Shown one piece after another: positions 8,921-18,754 of a DNA stretch of 64,000 nt. The stretch comes from Candidatus Bipolaricaulota bacterium (lineage in GTDB: Bacteria; Bipolaricaulota; Bipolaricaulia; RBG-16-55-9; DRXL01). The stretch is from contig JAUQPG010000001.1 of NCBI GenBank assembly GCA_030550495.1, positions 44,512 through 108,511 on the forward strand. Reading direction: 5' to 3'. Numbering within the stretch: the stretch's first letter is position 1; every line of letters begins with the position of its first letter. Under the pieces are notes generated by a model that saw only the letters and a program-made list of their open reading frames with translations, did no database searches and was not told where the DNA came from. The translations under genes and the position numbers were made by a program.

Positions 8921-8972
8921 CAGGCGCTAGTATAACTTGTAACTGGGAACTTTTCACTTTAAACTGTCTTGT

Positions 8973-10283
8973 ATGCGCGTAGTGATTGTTGGGGCGGGAG
9001 AGGTAGGACGGAGCATTGCTGCCGCTCTTCAAACTGATCACGACGTCGTCGTCATCGAAAAAGACCCGGATCGGCTTCAGCTCCTCCAAGAGCTCGATGT
9101 GCTTGGGGTTCTTGGCAACGGCGCGAGCTTAAAAACCCTCAAAGACGCGGGAGCCGAGAGAGCTGACTTAGCCATCGCCAGCACCAATATCGACGAGGTG
9201 AATATCGTCGCTTGCGCAGCAGCTAAGCAACTGGGCGCACGGATCACTGTTGCTCGCGTACAAGATGCCGAATACCTCCAGACATGGAAGCGCGGCTATC
9301 TTGGGGTAGACGAGATGGTTTGCAGCGAGTTAATCACTTCTCAGGCGATCGCCGGTGTGATCGGGCTGCGCGGCGTGCGCGCATCAGATGAGTTTGCTGA
9401 CGGCAAGATCTTGATGACTGAGACCATCGTCGAAGAGAATTCCCCAGTGCTGGGGCTGCGCCTGCGCGAGGCAGTCGTCCCTCCAGACTGTAACGTCGCC
9501 AGTATCATCCGCGAGAACGCCGTGATCATCCCCCGCGGTGATGACCAAATCCTCGCTCATGACCGCCTCGTGCTCATCGGGACCCCAGAAGCCGTTCACG
9601 AATTTAACCGACGACTCAGTCTCTATCCCACTGTCAAGGAGATCTTGATCGTCGGGGGAGGTCGGATCGGCTTTCGTCTGGCCCAGATCTTGCAAGCTCG
9701 CGGGCTCAAACCCAAGCTTATCGAGCCCGACGAAGAACGCAGTCGCTGGCTCGCTGAGAATCTCCCCAATACGTTGGTGTTCCACGGCGACGGCACCGAT
9801 ATAGAACTCTTAGAGCGCGAAGGGCTCTATCGCTGCGACGTCGCCGTCAGTGTCATCGGCTCAGATGAACGGAACTTACTCTGTGGGCTCTTGCTCAAGC
9901 GTATGGGTGTCCCTCAGGTCATCGTGCGCGTCGAAGACCCTACCTTCATCACAATCTTTGAGCGCGTCGGGATCGATATTGCCATCAATCCCCGGCGGCT
10001 GATTGCAGAAGAGATTATCTCGTTCACGCGCGGGCGTATCGAGAAATCGCTCTCATTAGAGCACGATCGCGCTGAAGTGCTTGAGATCAAAGTCTCCCCG
10101 GAGAGCCCAGTGGTTGGGATTCCCTTGGCGCAAGCGCAGATACCAGCAGGGGTACTGATCGGCGCGATTGTGCGCGGTGAGAGCGTCATCATCCCGCGCG
10201 GGACGGATGTGCTTCAGCCGGGAGATCACGCCATCGTCTTCAGCACAAAAGAAGCCGCACAACAGATCGAGAAGCTCCTATGA
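8973..10283 (+). CDS. trkA: Trk potassium uptake protein TrkA (tandem RCK/NAD-binding domains)
   Basis: MRVVIVGAGEVGRSIAAAL… and a second IVGGGRIGFRLAQIL Rossmann motif; divergent from pyrF. Confidence 0.85.
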   Translation: MRVVIVGAGEVGRSIAAALQTDHDVVVIEKDPDRLQLLQELDVLGVLGNGASLKTLKDAGAERADLAIASTNIDEVNIVACAAAKQLGARITVARVQDAEYLQTWKRGYLGVDEMVCSELITSQAIAGVIGLRGVRASDEFADGKILMTETIVEENSPVLGLRLREAVVPPDCNVASIIRENAVIIPRGDDQILAHDRLVLIGTPEAVHEFNRRLSLYPTVKEILIVGGGRIGFRLAQILQARGLKPKLIEPDEERSRWLAENLPNTLVFHGDGTDIELLEREGLYRCDVAVSVIGSDERNLLCGLLLKRMGVPQVIVRVEDPTFITIFERVGIDIAINPRRLIAEEIISFTRGRIEKSLSLEHDRAEVLEIKVSPESPVVGIPLAQAQIPAGVLIGAIVRGESVIIPRGTDVLQPGDHAIVFSTKEAAQQIEKLL

Positions 10284-11746
10284 TGCGCCGCTGGGATCTC
10301 TCCGTAGACGTGCGGGCAGCGCTCCATGTAGTAGGGGTGTTGATCAAATGGTTCAGCGTCGCGTTTGTGCTGCCCTTGATCTACGCGATCTTTGCTCGTG
10401 AGATCTGGTGGCCCTATGCCCTAACGGGGGCTCTGGCCCTCCTGGGAGGGTGGGCCCTCGAGCGCGCGGCGTTCACCGAGAGAGATATCCGACCGCGCGA
10501 GGGCTTTTTCGTGGTCGCCTTGGCATGGGCCGTTGTCGCTCTTCTTGGCGCGATGCCCTTTGTGCTTCTGGGGGCCTTACGCCCTCTAGATGCCTACTTT
10601 GAGGCGATGAGCGGCTTCACGACCACAGGCGCAACTGTGATCGCCCACGTTGAGGGGCTGCCCAAGGCGTTGCTCTTATGGCGGGCATTTACGCAATGGC
10701 TCGGCGGGATGGGGATTATCGTCCTAGCTGTCGCGCTCTTGCCCAAGCTGGGCGTCGGTGGCTCACAACTTATGGACGCTGAGGCCCCAGGGCCAACCCT
10801 AGAGAGACTGACCCCACGAATTCGTGAGACAGCCCGGCTGCTGTGGGGGATCTACGTCGGCTTGACGGCTTTCGATGTGCTCTTGCTCGTCTTAGTTGGG
10901 AAGCTCTCGTGGTTCGATGCAGTCGCTCATGCGTTCACCACTCTCTCTACAGGCGGGTTCTCCACGAAAGATCCTGGGTTCACGGTGTTTTCCGGGGCAG
11001 CTCAATGGATCACTGTGCTGTTTATGGCCATAGGAGGGCTCAATTTTGCTCTGATCTATCGAGTAGTGGTACGACGCCAGTGGCGCTCTCTTCTTACAGA
11101 CACAGAAGCACGCTTCTATGGGGCACTCTTGGGCGGGGCGACGCTGGCCTTGTGGATCAATGTAGACGGGGGGATTGAGGGTCTGCGCCATAGCGCCTTT
11201 CAAGCTGTGAGCATCATGACCACGACGGGATACGCGAGCGCGGACTTTGAGCAATGGTCTCCAGCAGCGAAGATGATCTTGCTCGCCTTGATGTTCCTAG
11301 GAGGATGCGCAGGCAGCACAGCTGGCTCGATCAAAGTGATCCGGACGTGGCTGGTCTTTCGGTTTATCGCGCGCGAGACGCGGAATGTCATCCATCCCCA
11401 CGCGGTCTTGCCCATCCGGGTGAGCGGGCGCGTCGTGAGCGAGTCGATCGTGCGCGCGGTAGCGATCTTCGCTATCTTGTACGTGACGATCTTTGCCGTA
11501 AGTAGTGTGCTCTTGCTCTGGGACGCAGCTCGCGTAGGGTTGAATATGAACATAGTTGAGGCCGCCAGCGCTGTGGCGGCCACGTTGGGAAACGTCGGCC
11601 CAGGCTTTGGTCTGGTTGGGCCCCTGAGCACCTATGCCGAGCTTCCAGGGACGTCTAAAATCTTCTTGGTCTTTCTGATGTGGGCGGGGCGCTTGGAGCT
11701 CTTTCCCGTGTTGGTGCTCTTTGTGCGCAGCTATTGGAAGGGATAG
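10280..11746 (+). CDS. trkH: Trk potassium transporter membrane subunit TrkH
   Basis: 488-aa polytopic protein with TrkH selectivity-filter-like segments (SGFTTTGATV, LSTGGFSTKD, MTTTGYAS). Start overlaps the trkA stop. Confidence 0.85.
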   Translation: MMRRWDLSVDVRAALHVVGVLIKWFSVAFVLPLIYAIFAREIWWPYALTGALALLGGWALERAAFTERDIRPREGFFVVALAWAVVALLGAMPFVLLGALRPLDAYFEAMSGFTTTGATVIAHVEGLPKALLLWRAFTQWLGGMGIIVLAVALLPKLGVGGSQLMDAEAPGPTLERLTPRIRETARLLWGIYVGLTAFDVLLLVLVGKLSWFDAVAHAFTTLSTGGFSTKDPGFTVFSGAAQWITVLFMAIGGLNFALIYRVVVRRQWRSLLTDTEARFYGALLGGATLALWINVDGGIEGLRHSAFQAVSIMTTTGYASADFEQWSPAAKMILLALMFLGGCAGSTAGSIKVIRTWLVFRFIARETRNVIHPHAVLPIRVSGRVVSESIVRAVAIFAILYVTIFAVSSVLLLWDAARVGLNMNIVEAASAVAATLGNVGPGFGLVGPLSTYAELPGTSKIFLVFLMWAGRLELFPVLVLFVRSYWKG

Positions 11747-11750
11747 TACC

Positions 11751-12362
11751 ATGCGCGCGTTCATCGTCTTAGGGCATCGCGTACCGTTGACGCCCGATTT
11801 TTCGCTCAATGATCTTCCTGGCAGTGCTGGGCGCCTCGATATTCTCTGTCGTTGCGTGACCGCAGCGTTCTGTCTGTCTCATGGGATTCGGCGCGACGTC
11901 CTCGTCTACTTGGTCTTACAGGATCAAATCGTCGTGCGCTTGGAGGGCAGTCGGCTCAAGCACTTAAACCCCGACGAACGCTCGACAGCTGCTCTCATTC
12001 AGAAGGCCCTCAGAGCATTTGCTGAAAACACCTATAAAGATCGGGAGATCGAGAGCACGCCAGGGATCTTCATCGCGTCGGGGGGGCTCTCCGAAGCGCT
12101 CCAGAGCGCCCAAGGTTTGGGCCTGACGGTCTATTGGCTCCATGAGCATGGTACCCCTATACGCCACGAGAAGCTCGATGAAAACGCGGCGTTTGTGCTG
12201 AGCGATCATCTCGAGTTTTCCCCCCAGGACGTGGCGCTTCTTAAGATATTTCCCCAGTTGAGCGTGGGGCCGCTGTCGCTCCACGCCGATCACTGTATTG
12301 TGATCGTGCACAACGAGCTCGATGTGCGATTTGCACCTGCGTCGGGTTTCTCGCTAAGATAA
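11751..12362 (+). CDS. trmY: TrmY-like SPOUT methyltransferase (tRNA pseudouridine54 N1-methyltransferase family, archaeal type)
   Basis: MRAFIVLGHR…DLPGSAGRLDILCRCVTAAFCLSHGIRRDVLVYLVL…STPGIF…SLHADHCIVIVHNELD aligns along its length with archaeal TrmY (COG1901). Confidence 0.7.
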   Translation: MRAFIVLGHRVPLTPDFSLNDLPGSAGRLDILCRCVTAAFCLSHGIRRDVLVYLVLQDQIVVRLEGSRLKHLNPDERSTAALIQKALRAFAENTYKDREIESTPGIFIASGGLSEALQSAQGLGLTVYWLHEHGTPIRHEKLDENAAFVLSDHLEFSPQDVALLKIFPQLSVGPLSLHADHCIVIVHNELDVRFAPASGFSLR

Positions 12363-12477
12363 AATAAAATGAAGATTTGTCCCACTTGGCCTTAAGGGGT
12401 AGAATACAATGCACAGGGGAGATGGTCTTTTGAGGGATATAGAATCAAGCGGATCACCTCAAAAGGATCGGCTGGAG

Positions 12478-13116
12478 ATGATCCGGCGCCTCGAGGCCCA
12501 AGGGATCACTGACAAGAGAGTGCTCGAGGTGATGGGACGTATTCCACGCCATCTCTTTATCTCTAATGCCTTGTGGGATCACGCCTATGCTGATCATCCT
12601 GTGCCCATCGACTGCGGCCAAACGATCTCCCAGCCCTATATCGTCGCGTTGATGACCCAAGCCTTACAGCTTGAGAAAGGCGACCGGGTGCTGGAGATCG
12701 GCACGGGGTCGGGGTATCAGACGGCGATCCTGGCCGAGTTGGCCCAGCACGTCTACACGATCGAGCGCTTTGCCGAGCTCTCGGAGAAGGCGCGCAAGCT
12801 CTTGACCGACGCAGGATATACGAATATTAGCTTCCGGGTAGGGGATGGAACGCTCGGATGGCCGGAGGAGGCGCCTTTTGACAAGATCATCGTCACGGCC
12901 GCAGCACCAGATGTGCCCCCATCGCTGCTAGAGCAATTAGCCGAGGGTGGCAAGATGGTTATCCCTGTGGGGGGACGCCAGCTGCAAACACTCCTGGCGC
13001 TCACGAAAGAGCACGACAAGCTGCATCGCGAGGAGCTCTGCGCGTGCAGCTTCTTGCCGCTCATTGGCAGAGAGGGTTGGCCAGATCAAGAGACCTGGCT
13101 CCAGCACTTGTTATGA
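12478..13116 (+). CDS. pcm: Protein-L-isoaspartate O-methyltransferase
   Basis: …GQTISQPYIVALMTQAL…VLEIGTGSGYQTAILAEL… Promoter-like TTTGTC-18-TAGAAT at 12377-12406 argues the real start is ATG 12478, not 12409. Confidence 0.8.
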   Translation: MIRRLEAQGITDKRVLEVMGRIPRHLFISNALWDHAYADHPVPIDCGQTISQPYIVALMTQALQLEKGDRVLEIGTGSGYQTAILAELAQHVYTIERFAELSEKARKLLTDAGYTNISFRVGDGTLGWPEEAPFDKIIVTAAAPDVPPSLLEQLAEGGKMVIPVGGRQLQTLLALTKEHDKLHREELCACSFLPLIGREGWPDQETWLQHLL

Positions 13117-13208
13117 ACGGGGAAGGAGGGATGAGCTAGAGCAATTCTCTATAGCGTAGCGCGTCTCATGGTCGTATCAAAACTATTACGACACAACAAG
13201 GAGGTGCT

Positions 13209-14162
13209 GTGATGAACACAGTTCGATCTTATCTATTTGTTATAGGGATGGTCCTTCTCGTGGGGGTGCTGACTAGCTGTGCGGGAGGAGTCAAGCCACC
13301 CGCAGCTGTGATCACAAGTCCACAAAGTGGCGCCCAGTTTACGGTAAACCAAGCTATCGAGTTCTCGGGGGTGGCGAGGGACGATGCTGGTAAGGAAGTC
13401 ACAAAAGACGTCGTCTTTGAGTGGGACTTTGGCGACGGCACAACAGAGAAGGGCCAGAAGGTCTCCCATGCGTATGGTGCGAGTGGGACGTACACGGTCA
13501 AGCTGACGGTGAAGACCCTCGCTCAAGCCAACGAAACCAGCCCCAAGCTTGAACCTAAGCAAACGGCCCAGATCGAAATCACAGTAGTGACCGCTCTCTC
13601 AGTAGCGATCTCCGCCAGCGTCACGGAAGGGCCGGCTCCCTTGGAGGTGTCGTTCACCGCGGAAGTCCAAGGCACAGCAGCGAGCTACACCTGGGACTTC
13701 GGCGATGGCTCCACAAGCTCCGAAGCCAACCCAACGCATACGTTCACAGCTGAGGGAACATACATTGTGAGGCTCGTCGTGACGGCTCCTGACGGCAGCA
13801 CAGCTTCTGCGGAGAAGACGATCACTGTTACAGCCCCCCAGCAAGCATCGCGCAACCCTTATATCATCAAGATGGTGAGCACTGCTGATGGTCGACATTT
13901 CTTCGACCCAGCAGAGTTGACGATCAAGGTCGGCGAGACAGTTCGCTGGGTGAGTGAGTGTGCCGAGGGCATAACCTGTGTATATTCAGTCCAAGCGTAT
14001 CCCGATAAGATCCCCGCAGGCGCTGAAGCCTTCAATTCAGGACTCCTCACAGAGCGGGGGCAGTCGTTTGAGTATACGTTCACTATCCCTGGAGAGTACG
14101 AATACTTCTGCTTGTCCTACGAGCCCATGGGGATGAAAGGGAAGATTATCGTGCAGCCATAA
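13209..14162 (+). CDS. Lipoprotein with two PKD-like domains and a C-terminal cupredoxin-like domain lacking canonical His ligands
   Basis: Lipobox LLVGVLTSC after RBS AAGGAGG. Two FEWDFGDGT / [12 protein letters not shown] signatures. C-terminal …[19 protein letters not shown]…[19 protein letters not shown] resembles a plastocyanin fold with Cys and Met but no His. Confidence 0.6.
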   Translation: MMNTVRSYLFVIGMVLLVGVLTSCAGGVKPPAAVITSPQSGAQFTVNQAIEFSGVARDDAGKEVTKDVVFEWDFGDGTTEKGQKVSHAYGASGTYTVKLTVKTLAQANETSPKLEPKQTAQIEITVVTALSVAISASVTEGPAPLEVSFTAEVQGTAASYTWDFGDGSTSSEANPTHTFTAEGTYIVRLVVTAPDGSTASAEKTITVTAPQQASRNPYIIKMVSTADGRHFFDPAELTIKVGETVRWVSECAEGITCVYSVQAYPDKIPAGAEAFNSGLLTERGQSFEYTFTIPGEYEYFCLSYEPMGMKGKIIVQP

Positions 14163-14168
14163 CGAGAG

Positions 14169-14294
14169 AAGGCCCTCACCTTCGCCTGCACGCTGCGCGT
14201 GGGTTTCATCTTCGCCCGCCTGAGCGGGCGAAGGCAAACAGTCCAGACGAGGTCTGGCACGCGTAGCATGCCTACAGGGTGGGGTGAGGGCCTT
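14169..14294. repeat. Repeat copy (c), long variant: AAGGCCCTCACC…(internal hairpins)…GGTGAGGGCCTT
   Basis: 12-bp perfect terminal inverted repeats 14169-14180 / 14283-14294. Internal hairpins TTCGCCCGC-ctga-GCGGGCGAA and CCAGAC-gag-GTCTGG. Intergenic between the lipoprotein gene and ltaE. Confidence 0.5.
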
Positions 14295-14300
14295 AATACT

Positions 14301-15326
14301 ATGCGAAAGATTATAGACCTCCGCAGCGATACGGTCACTAAGCCCACACCCCCGATGCGCCGCGCCATGGCCGAGGCTGAGGTCGGCGATGACGTCTTCG
14401 GGGAAGATCCCACGGTCAATAAGCTCCAAGAATACGCGGCTCAGCTCTTCGGGCGCGAAGCGGCGCTCTTCGTTCCCTCCGGAACGATGGGCAATCAGAT
14501 TGCTATCAAAGTTCACACCCAACCGGGGGACGAAGTGATCGTCGAAGAAGCGTCTCATATCTTTAACTCAGAGATGGCGATGATGGGGGCGTTTTCAGGG
14601 GTCATCCCTCGGCCGATTCCCAGTGAGCGCGGCTTTCTGCGTTGGGAACAGATCGAGCGCGCTATCCGACCAAAAGTCTATTACTATGCACAGACGCGTC
14701 TGATCTGCTTGGAAAACACTCATAACTTCAAGGGCGGAGGTGTCTATCCTGTAGAGTGGGCCAGAGAGATCATCGAACAAGCACACGAGCGCGGCTTGGC
14801 CGTGCACTTAGATGGTGCACGGATCTTCAACGCTGCTGTAGCGACGGGGCGTTCCGTGCAAGAGCTTACAGAAGGCTTTGACTCGGTGATGTTCTGCTTG
14901 TCGAAGGGGTTGGGAGCGCCAGTGGGCTCGATGCTTGTCGGTTCCGCAGAGTTTATAGAGAAGGCCCGCAGAGTGCGCAAGATGCTCGGCGGCGGGATGC
15001 GCCAAGTCGGGATTCTCGCTGCCGCTGGGCTCTATGCCTTGGAGCATCACATTGATCGTCTTGCCGAAGACCACGAGAACGCGCGAGTGCTTGCGGACAC
15101 CCTAAAGGAGATCCCTGAGGTACGCCTTGAGCCCGTCGAGACCAATATCGTGATCTTCGAGCTCTCCAAGACACCCGCCGAAAAACTGATCGCTGAGCTC
15201 AAGCAAAGAGCTATCTTGGCTTTAGCGATTGGGCCGCGCCGGGTACGCTTGGTGACCCATCTGGATGTGTCGCGAGAAGACGTGCGGTACGCGGCTCAAG
15301 CCATTCGAGAGATTCTCCAAAAATAA
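14301..15326 (+). CDS. ltaE: Low-specificity L-threonine aldolase
   Basis: [43 protein letters not shown]…SGTMGNQIA…[12 protein letters not shown] (PLP Lys). Confidence 0.8.
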   Translation: MRKIIDLRSDTVTKPTPPMRRAMAEAEVGDDVFGEDPTVNKLQEYAAQLFGREAALFVPSGTMGNQIAIKVHTQPGDEVIVEEASHIFNSEMAMMGAFSGVIPRPIPSERGFLRWEQIERAIRPKVYYYAQTRLICLENTHNFKGGGVYPVEWAREIIEQAHERGLAVHLDGARIFNAAVATGRSVQELTEGFDSVMFCLSKGLGAPVGSMLVGSAEFIEKARRVRKMLGGGMRQVGILAAAGLYALEHHIDRLAEDHENARVLADTLKEIPEVRLEPVETNIVIFELSKTPAEKLIAELKQRAILALAIGPRRVRLVTHLDVSREDVRYAAQAIREILQK

Positions 15327-15327
15327 G

Positions 15328-15350
15328 GAGCCCCTTGGGGAGGGGCTCCA
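15328..15350 (+). terminator. Hairpin GGAGCCCC-ttgg-GGAGGGGCTCC directly after the ltaE stop
   Basis: 9-bp GC stem read from sequence. No strong U-tract follows, so the call is weak. Confidence 0.3.
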
Positions 15351-15506
15351 TCCCACCCGCTTGTGGAGTGGTGGTGAGAGGATGGTAGAGGGATTTTATT
15401 ATATCTTCACCCTCTTAAGCCGTCTGTAGCGGGGATCACATTGAAACTTTTTTCCCATTGGATGGTATTTATACATGTCGCGCTCTAGGCGCGGCAGACA
15501 GTTCCG

Positions 15507-15515
15507 TGCTATAAT
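15507..15515 (+). promoter_or_regulatory. Extended -10 element TGcTATAAT upstream of the solute-binding-protein gene
   Basis: TGCTATAAT sits 24 nt upstream of ATG 15540, with AAGGAGG at 15526-15532. Confidence 0.35.
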
Positions 15516-15539
15516 GGAGCGGACCGAAGGAGGCCAGCT

Positions 15540-16805
15540 ATGCGCGCAGCTATAAGCCGTCGCACGTTCCTCCACGCCCTTGGATTAGCAGCCGGGGCGT
15601 TCGTCTTAGGGCAGTACCGGGGCTTCAGCCAGCAGACAATGACTATCGGGGTTCTTGGCAGCACAGCCTCCCCCTTGGGCCAGGGGATTCTCAACGGGGC
15701 CCAGCTTGCCGCGAGCGAGCTCAACTTCAAACTTATCCCCGGAGACCTTGGGAGCGAGACTGATCCCGCCCGCGCTCGCGCCGTATTGAACGATCTCATC
15801 AGTAAGGGAGCTGATGCTGTCGTGGGGCTCTCGCGCCCAGACACGATTCCCGCGCTCTTGCTCGATATCCCTAGAGTAAAAAAGCCCTTGATCATCACGG
15901 GGACACCGCTGCTGGGAACCGATCAGGTCGCGGGGAACTTCGAGAACTTCAAATATATCTTCCGCGCGGGCATCGTCAGCGCTACTGCGCAGGCGTTCGA
16001 CGGTGGCGAGTTCGGCCGGGAGTTCTTGGTTGGGCGTCTCCTCAAAGAAAGAGTGCTTCGGTCAAACGCCGTTGCTATCGTAGGTGATCCGTCCAAGCAG
16101 AGCGCGGACTTCCGCGCAGCGTTGCTCCCCCGGCTGACACGAGCAGGTTTGGACGTCGTGGGCAATCTCGCCGATACCCAAGCTGGGGCTCTGTTAGAGC
16201 GCCTACAGAAGATCAATGTATCAGCAGCGATCACGGCATTCTTCGACACGAAAGTGGGGGCGGAGTTCGCGCAGGGCTGGTCCGCCAACAAGGTGAAAAT
16301 CGCGCTCTTTGGTTGGAACGAAGCGCTGCTCTATGACGACTTGAAGGGCGCGGCTAGGGGATACGTCGTCACAGATTTTGCGGCAGAGACCGAAAAAGTA
16401 GGTCCCAGGACGCTCGGGTTCTATAAGAAATACCAAGAGCAGTTCAAAGCGCGAGCGGTTTTCACTGCTGCAACGACATATGACGCTGTCTACGCCCTTG
16501 CTGATGCGCTCGGGCGCGCTCGGACTACCGAGGCTGAGGCCCTCGTCAAGGCTCTGGAAGGGACAAGGCTTCCAGGTGTCGTAGGGTTGATTCGGTTCTA
16601 CACCGTTGAGGAGCAGCAGCGAGATCCCTTAAAGATCGCAGTCGCCCACGATCAGGTCTACGGGCTCAACAAACTCAGTCCGGGGCCAGGGTTTGATGGG
16701 GTACGTCCTTTCTATACGCAGCTAGCTGCGGACGGCCGGCGAGTCGTGCTCTATCCCGATGAGTATGCGACCGGCTCGTACGTGCTGCCGCCGCATTTTG
16801 GATAG
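15540..16805 (+). CDS. TAT-exported periplasmic solute-binding protein (PBP type 1, LivJ/K-like); no cognate permease genes adjacent
   Basis: Twin-arginine signal MRAAISRRTFLHALGLAAGAFVLG, then a type-1 periplasmic-binding fold (…TIGVLGSTASPLGQG…KGADAVVG…). Confidence 0.6.
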   Translation: MRAAISRRTFLHALGLAAGAFVLGQYRGFSQQTMTIGVLGSTASPLGQGILNGAQLAASELNFKLIPGDLGSETDPARARAVLNDLISKGADAVVGLSRPDTIPALLLDIPRVKKPLIITGTPLLGTDQVAGNFENFKYIFRAGIVSATAQAFDGGEFGREFLVGRLLKERVLRSNAVAIVGDPSKQSADFRAALLPRLTRAGLDVVGNLADTQAGALLERLQKINVSAAITAFFDTKVGAEFAQGWSANKVKIALFGWNEALLYDDLKGAARGYVVTDFAAETEKVGPRTLGFYKKYQEQFKARAVFTAATTYDAVYALADALGRARTTEAEALVKALEGTRLPGVVGLIRFYTVEEQQRDPLKIAVAHDQVYGLNKLSPGPGFDGVRPFYTQLAADGRRVVLYPDEYATGSYVLPPHFG

Positions 16806-16830
16806 CACAAAAACGCAAGGAGGTTGCACG

Positions 16831-18729
16831 ATGAGACCCAGGGGAAACGGTCTAGGTCGAGCGTTAGTACTCACACTGCTGATGGTCATCATTGGTCTGA
16901 ACACCCCAGGGTTGCTCTCGCAGTCCCAGATTGAGAGTCTGGAAGCTCCGCGTGTGACGTACGTGCTCTTGCCGAAGACCCGGTGTGTTGTCGCGCCTCC
17001 TGCCCTGCCTGCAGATCGATGTCCTCCTGGCACCTTGCCTCCCCCAGATTTCATTACGGCAATTAATTGGATCGCTGCGGATGGGAGTGACTTTGAAGGG
17101 GCTATCGGCTACGAAGATATTAACAAAGATATCATCAAAGTGACGTTCCGCGTTTTGAAAGCTACAGAAGTGAAAGATGCCCCACCAGGAGCATTTAGAG
17201 CTGGGCAGATCTTCAGCTTTGAGCCCCCAGCGCAAACCAGCGACAAGGGGGCCTTTGGGTTTCGCATCTTTACTACTGTGCCCCAGGACGTCACGCTGGA
17301 AGTGACCCTCGAAGACGCGAAGAGAAACGTGAGCCAACCGAAGGTCTTCTCGTTTAAAGCTGTTGGCCCAGATCCGATCATCAGCGGGATTGTATTTCCC
17401 AGTGAGGTCCCTTTGGGAACAGAGCAAAAAGTCTTAGTAGGTTTTATAGACCGCGAAGGCCAGCTGAGCCGCGTCTATTTTCAGCTCATAAACTTCGATC
17501 CCAAGCGCATAGGGGACTGCTCGCTTCCCCTCGACCCCAACGGCATCGACGTGAGCGAGCAGGTCCTTGGGGAGAAGGAGGGGCAGTTAGAATTTCGCAT
17601 CAAGTGCAACAGTGCCCAGCGCATCAAACTCAAGCTCGCCCTTGTCGATCGCCAGGGGAATCGCAGTGACAAGCGGGGGGCTCTGGAGCAGCCCAGTGAC
17701 TTCGAATTCATTGCCGGGCGTAAGGTGGCTGAAGGGCTCTTCTTCCTCGATCAATTTGGGCAGAGTGGCAATGCTCCGGGACAATTCCTAAAGCCACAGG
17801 GGATCGCCGTAGACAGCCAAGGGCGTATCTACGTCGCCGATACAGAGAACCATCGCATTCAAGTCTTCGATCCCAGTACCTTCAAGCTCACCGAAAAACA
17901 ACCGATTGCCGTCTGGGGCAGCCAGTGTCTTTTGCGCACCGGTGAGGGGTGTCGCGATCCCGACGGAGGTGGGCCACTCGTCCCCGGCGACGGGCAGTTC
18001 AACGGCCCTACGGATATCGCTATTGACCCAACGGGCTATATCTACGTCGTCGACAGCGGCAACCATCGCATCCAGAAGTTTGACTCTACGGGAAGGTTTG
18101 TGAGCAAGTGGGGCACCAAAGGGAGTGGTGACGGGCAGTTTGAGACCCCCGTGAGCATCGCGCTCGACAGTTCAGGGAAGGTCGTCTACGTCGTAGAAAA
18201 GGGGAATCATCGCGTCCAGAGATTTGACGTCGTTGACGTAAGAACTGTGCGATTTTCGACCAAGTGGGGTAGCGAATGCAATCTGACCGTGACGCCTCCC
18301 ACGGGGCGCTGCATCGATCCTGACGGAGCGGGGCCGCTGCAGACAGGCGATGGGCAGTTCTTTGAGCCGCAGGCGATAGTCGTCGATGGCGCAGGGAATG
18401 TGTATGTCTCCGATGCGGGAAACCATCGAATTCAAAAATTTGACGCTAGCGGGAAGTTCTTGCTCAAGTGGGGGAGTCGCGGGCTTGCGCCAGGGCAGTT
18501 TGAGACTCCTCGCGGGCTGGCGTTCACGCGAGGGGGGATCTTACTCGTAGTAGATCAAGAGAACCATCGCGTGCAAGAGTTCAAGACTGATGGAAGCTTT
18601 GAGCGCCAGTGGGGGCGATTTGGCAGTGAAGAAGGGGAATTTAGGTTTCCTCAAGATATCGCAGTTGATAGCGCGGGTAACATCTATATTGTGGAGCTCA
18701 GCCGGGTACAGAAGCTCGGTAATTTTTAA
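16831..18729 (+). CDS. Secreted NHL-repeat six-bladed beta-propeller protein with ~300-aa N-terminal domain of unknown function
   Basis: RBS AAGGAGG at 16819-16825 and a signal peptide. Six NHL repeats (…GIAVDSQGRIYVADTENHRIQVFD…, …IAIDPTGYIYVVDSGNHRIQKFD…, …LAFTRGGILLVVDQENHRVQEFK…). Confidence 0.7.
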   Translation: MRPRGNGLGRALVLTLLMVIIGLNTPGLLSQSQIESLEAPRVTYVLLPKTRCVVAPPALPADRCPPGTLPPPDFITAINWIAADGSDFEGAIGYEDINKDIIKVTFRVLKATEVKDAPPGAFRAGQIFSFEPPAQTSDKGAFGFRIFTTVPQDVTLEVTLEDAKRNVSQPKVFSFKAVGPDPIISGIVFPSEVPLGTEQKVLVGFIDREGQLSRVYFQLINFDPKRIGDCSLPLDPNGIDVSEQVLGEKEGQLEFRIKCNSAQRIKLKLALVDRQGNRSDKRGALEQPSDFEFIAGRKVAEGLFFLDQFGQSGNAPGQFLKPQGIAVDSQGRIYVADTENHRIQVFDPSTFKLTEKQPIAVWGSQCLLRTGEGCRDPDGGGPLVPGDGQFNGPTDIAIDPTGYIYVVDSGNHRIQKFDSTGRFVSKWGTKGSGDGQFETPVSIALDSSGKVVYVVEKGNHRVQRFDVVDVRTVRFSTKWGSECNLTVTPPTGRCIDPDGAGPLQTGDGQFFEPQAIVVDGAGNVYVSDAGNHRIQKFDASGKFLLKWGSRGLAPGQFETPRGLAFTRGGILLVVDQENHRVQEFKTDGSFERQWGRFGSEEGEFRFPQDIAVDSAGNIYIVELSRVQKLGNF

Positions 18730-18754
18730 TGGGGAAAAGCCCAAGGAGGCAACG

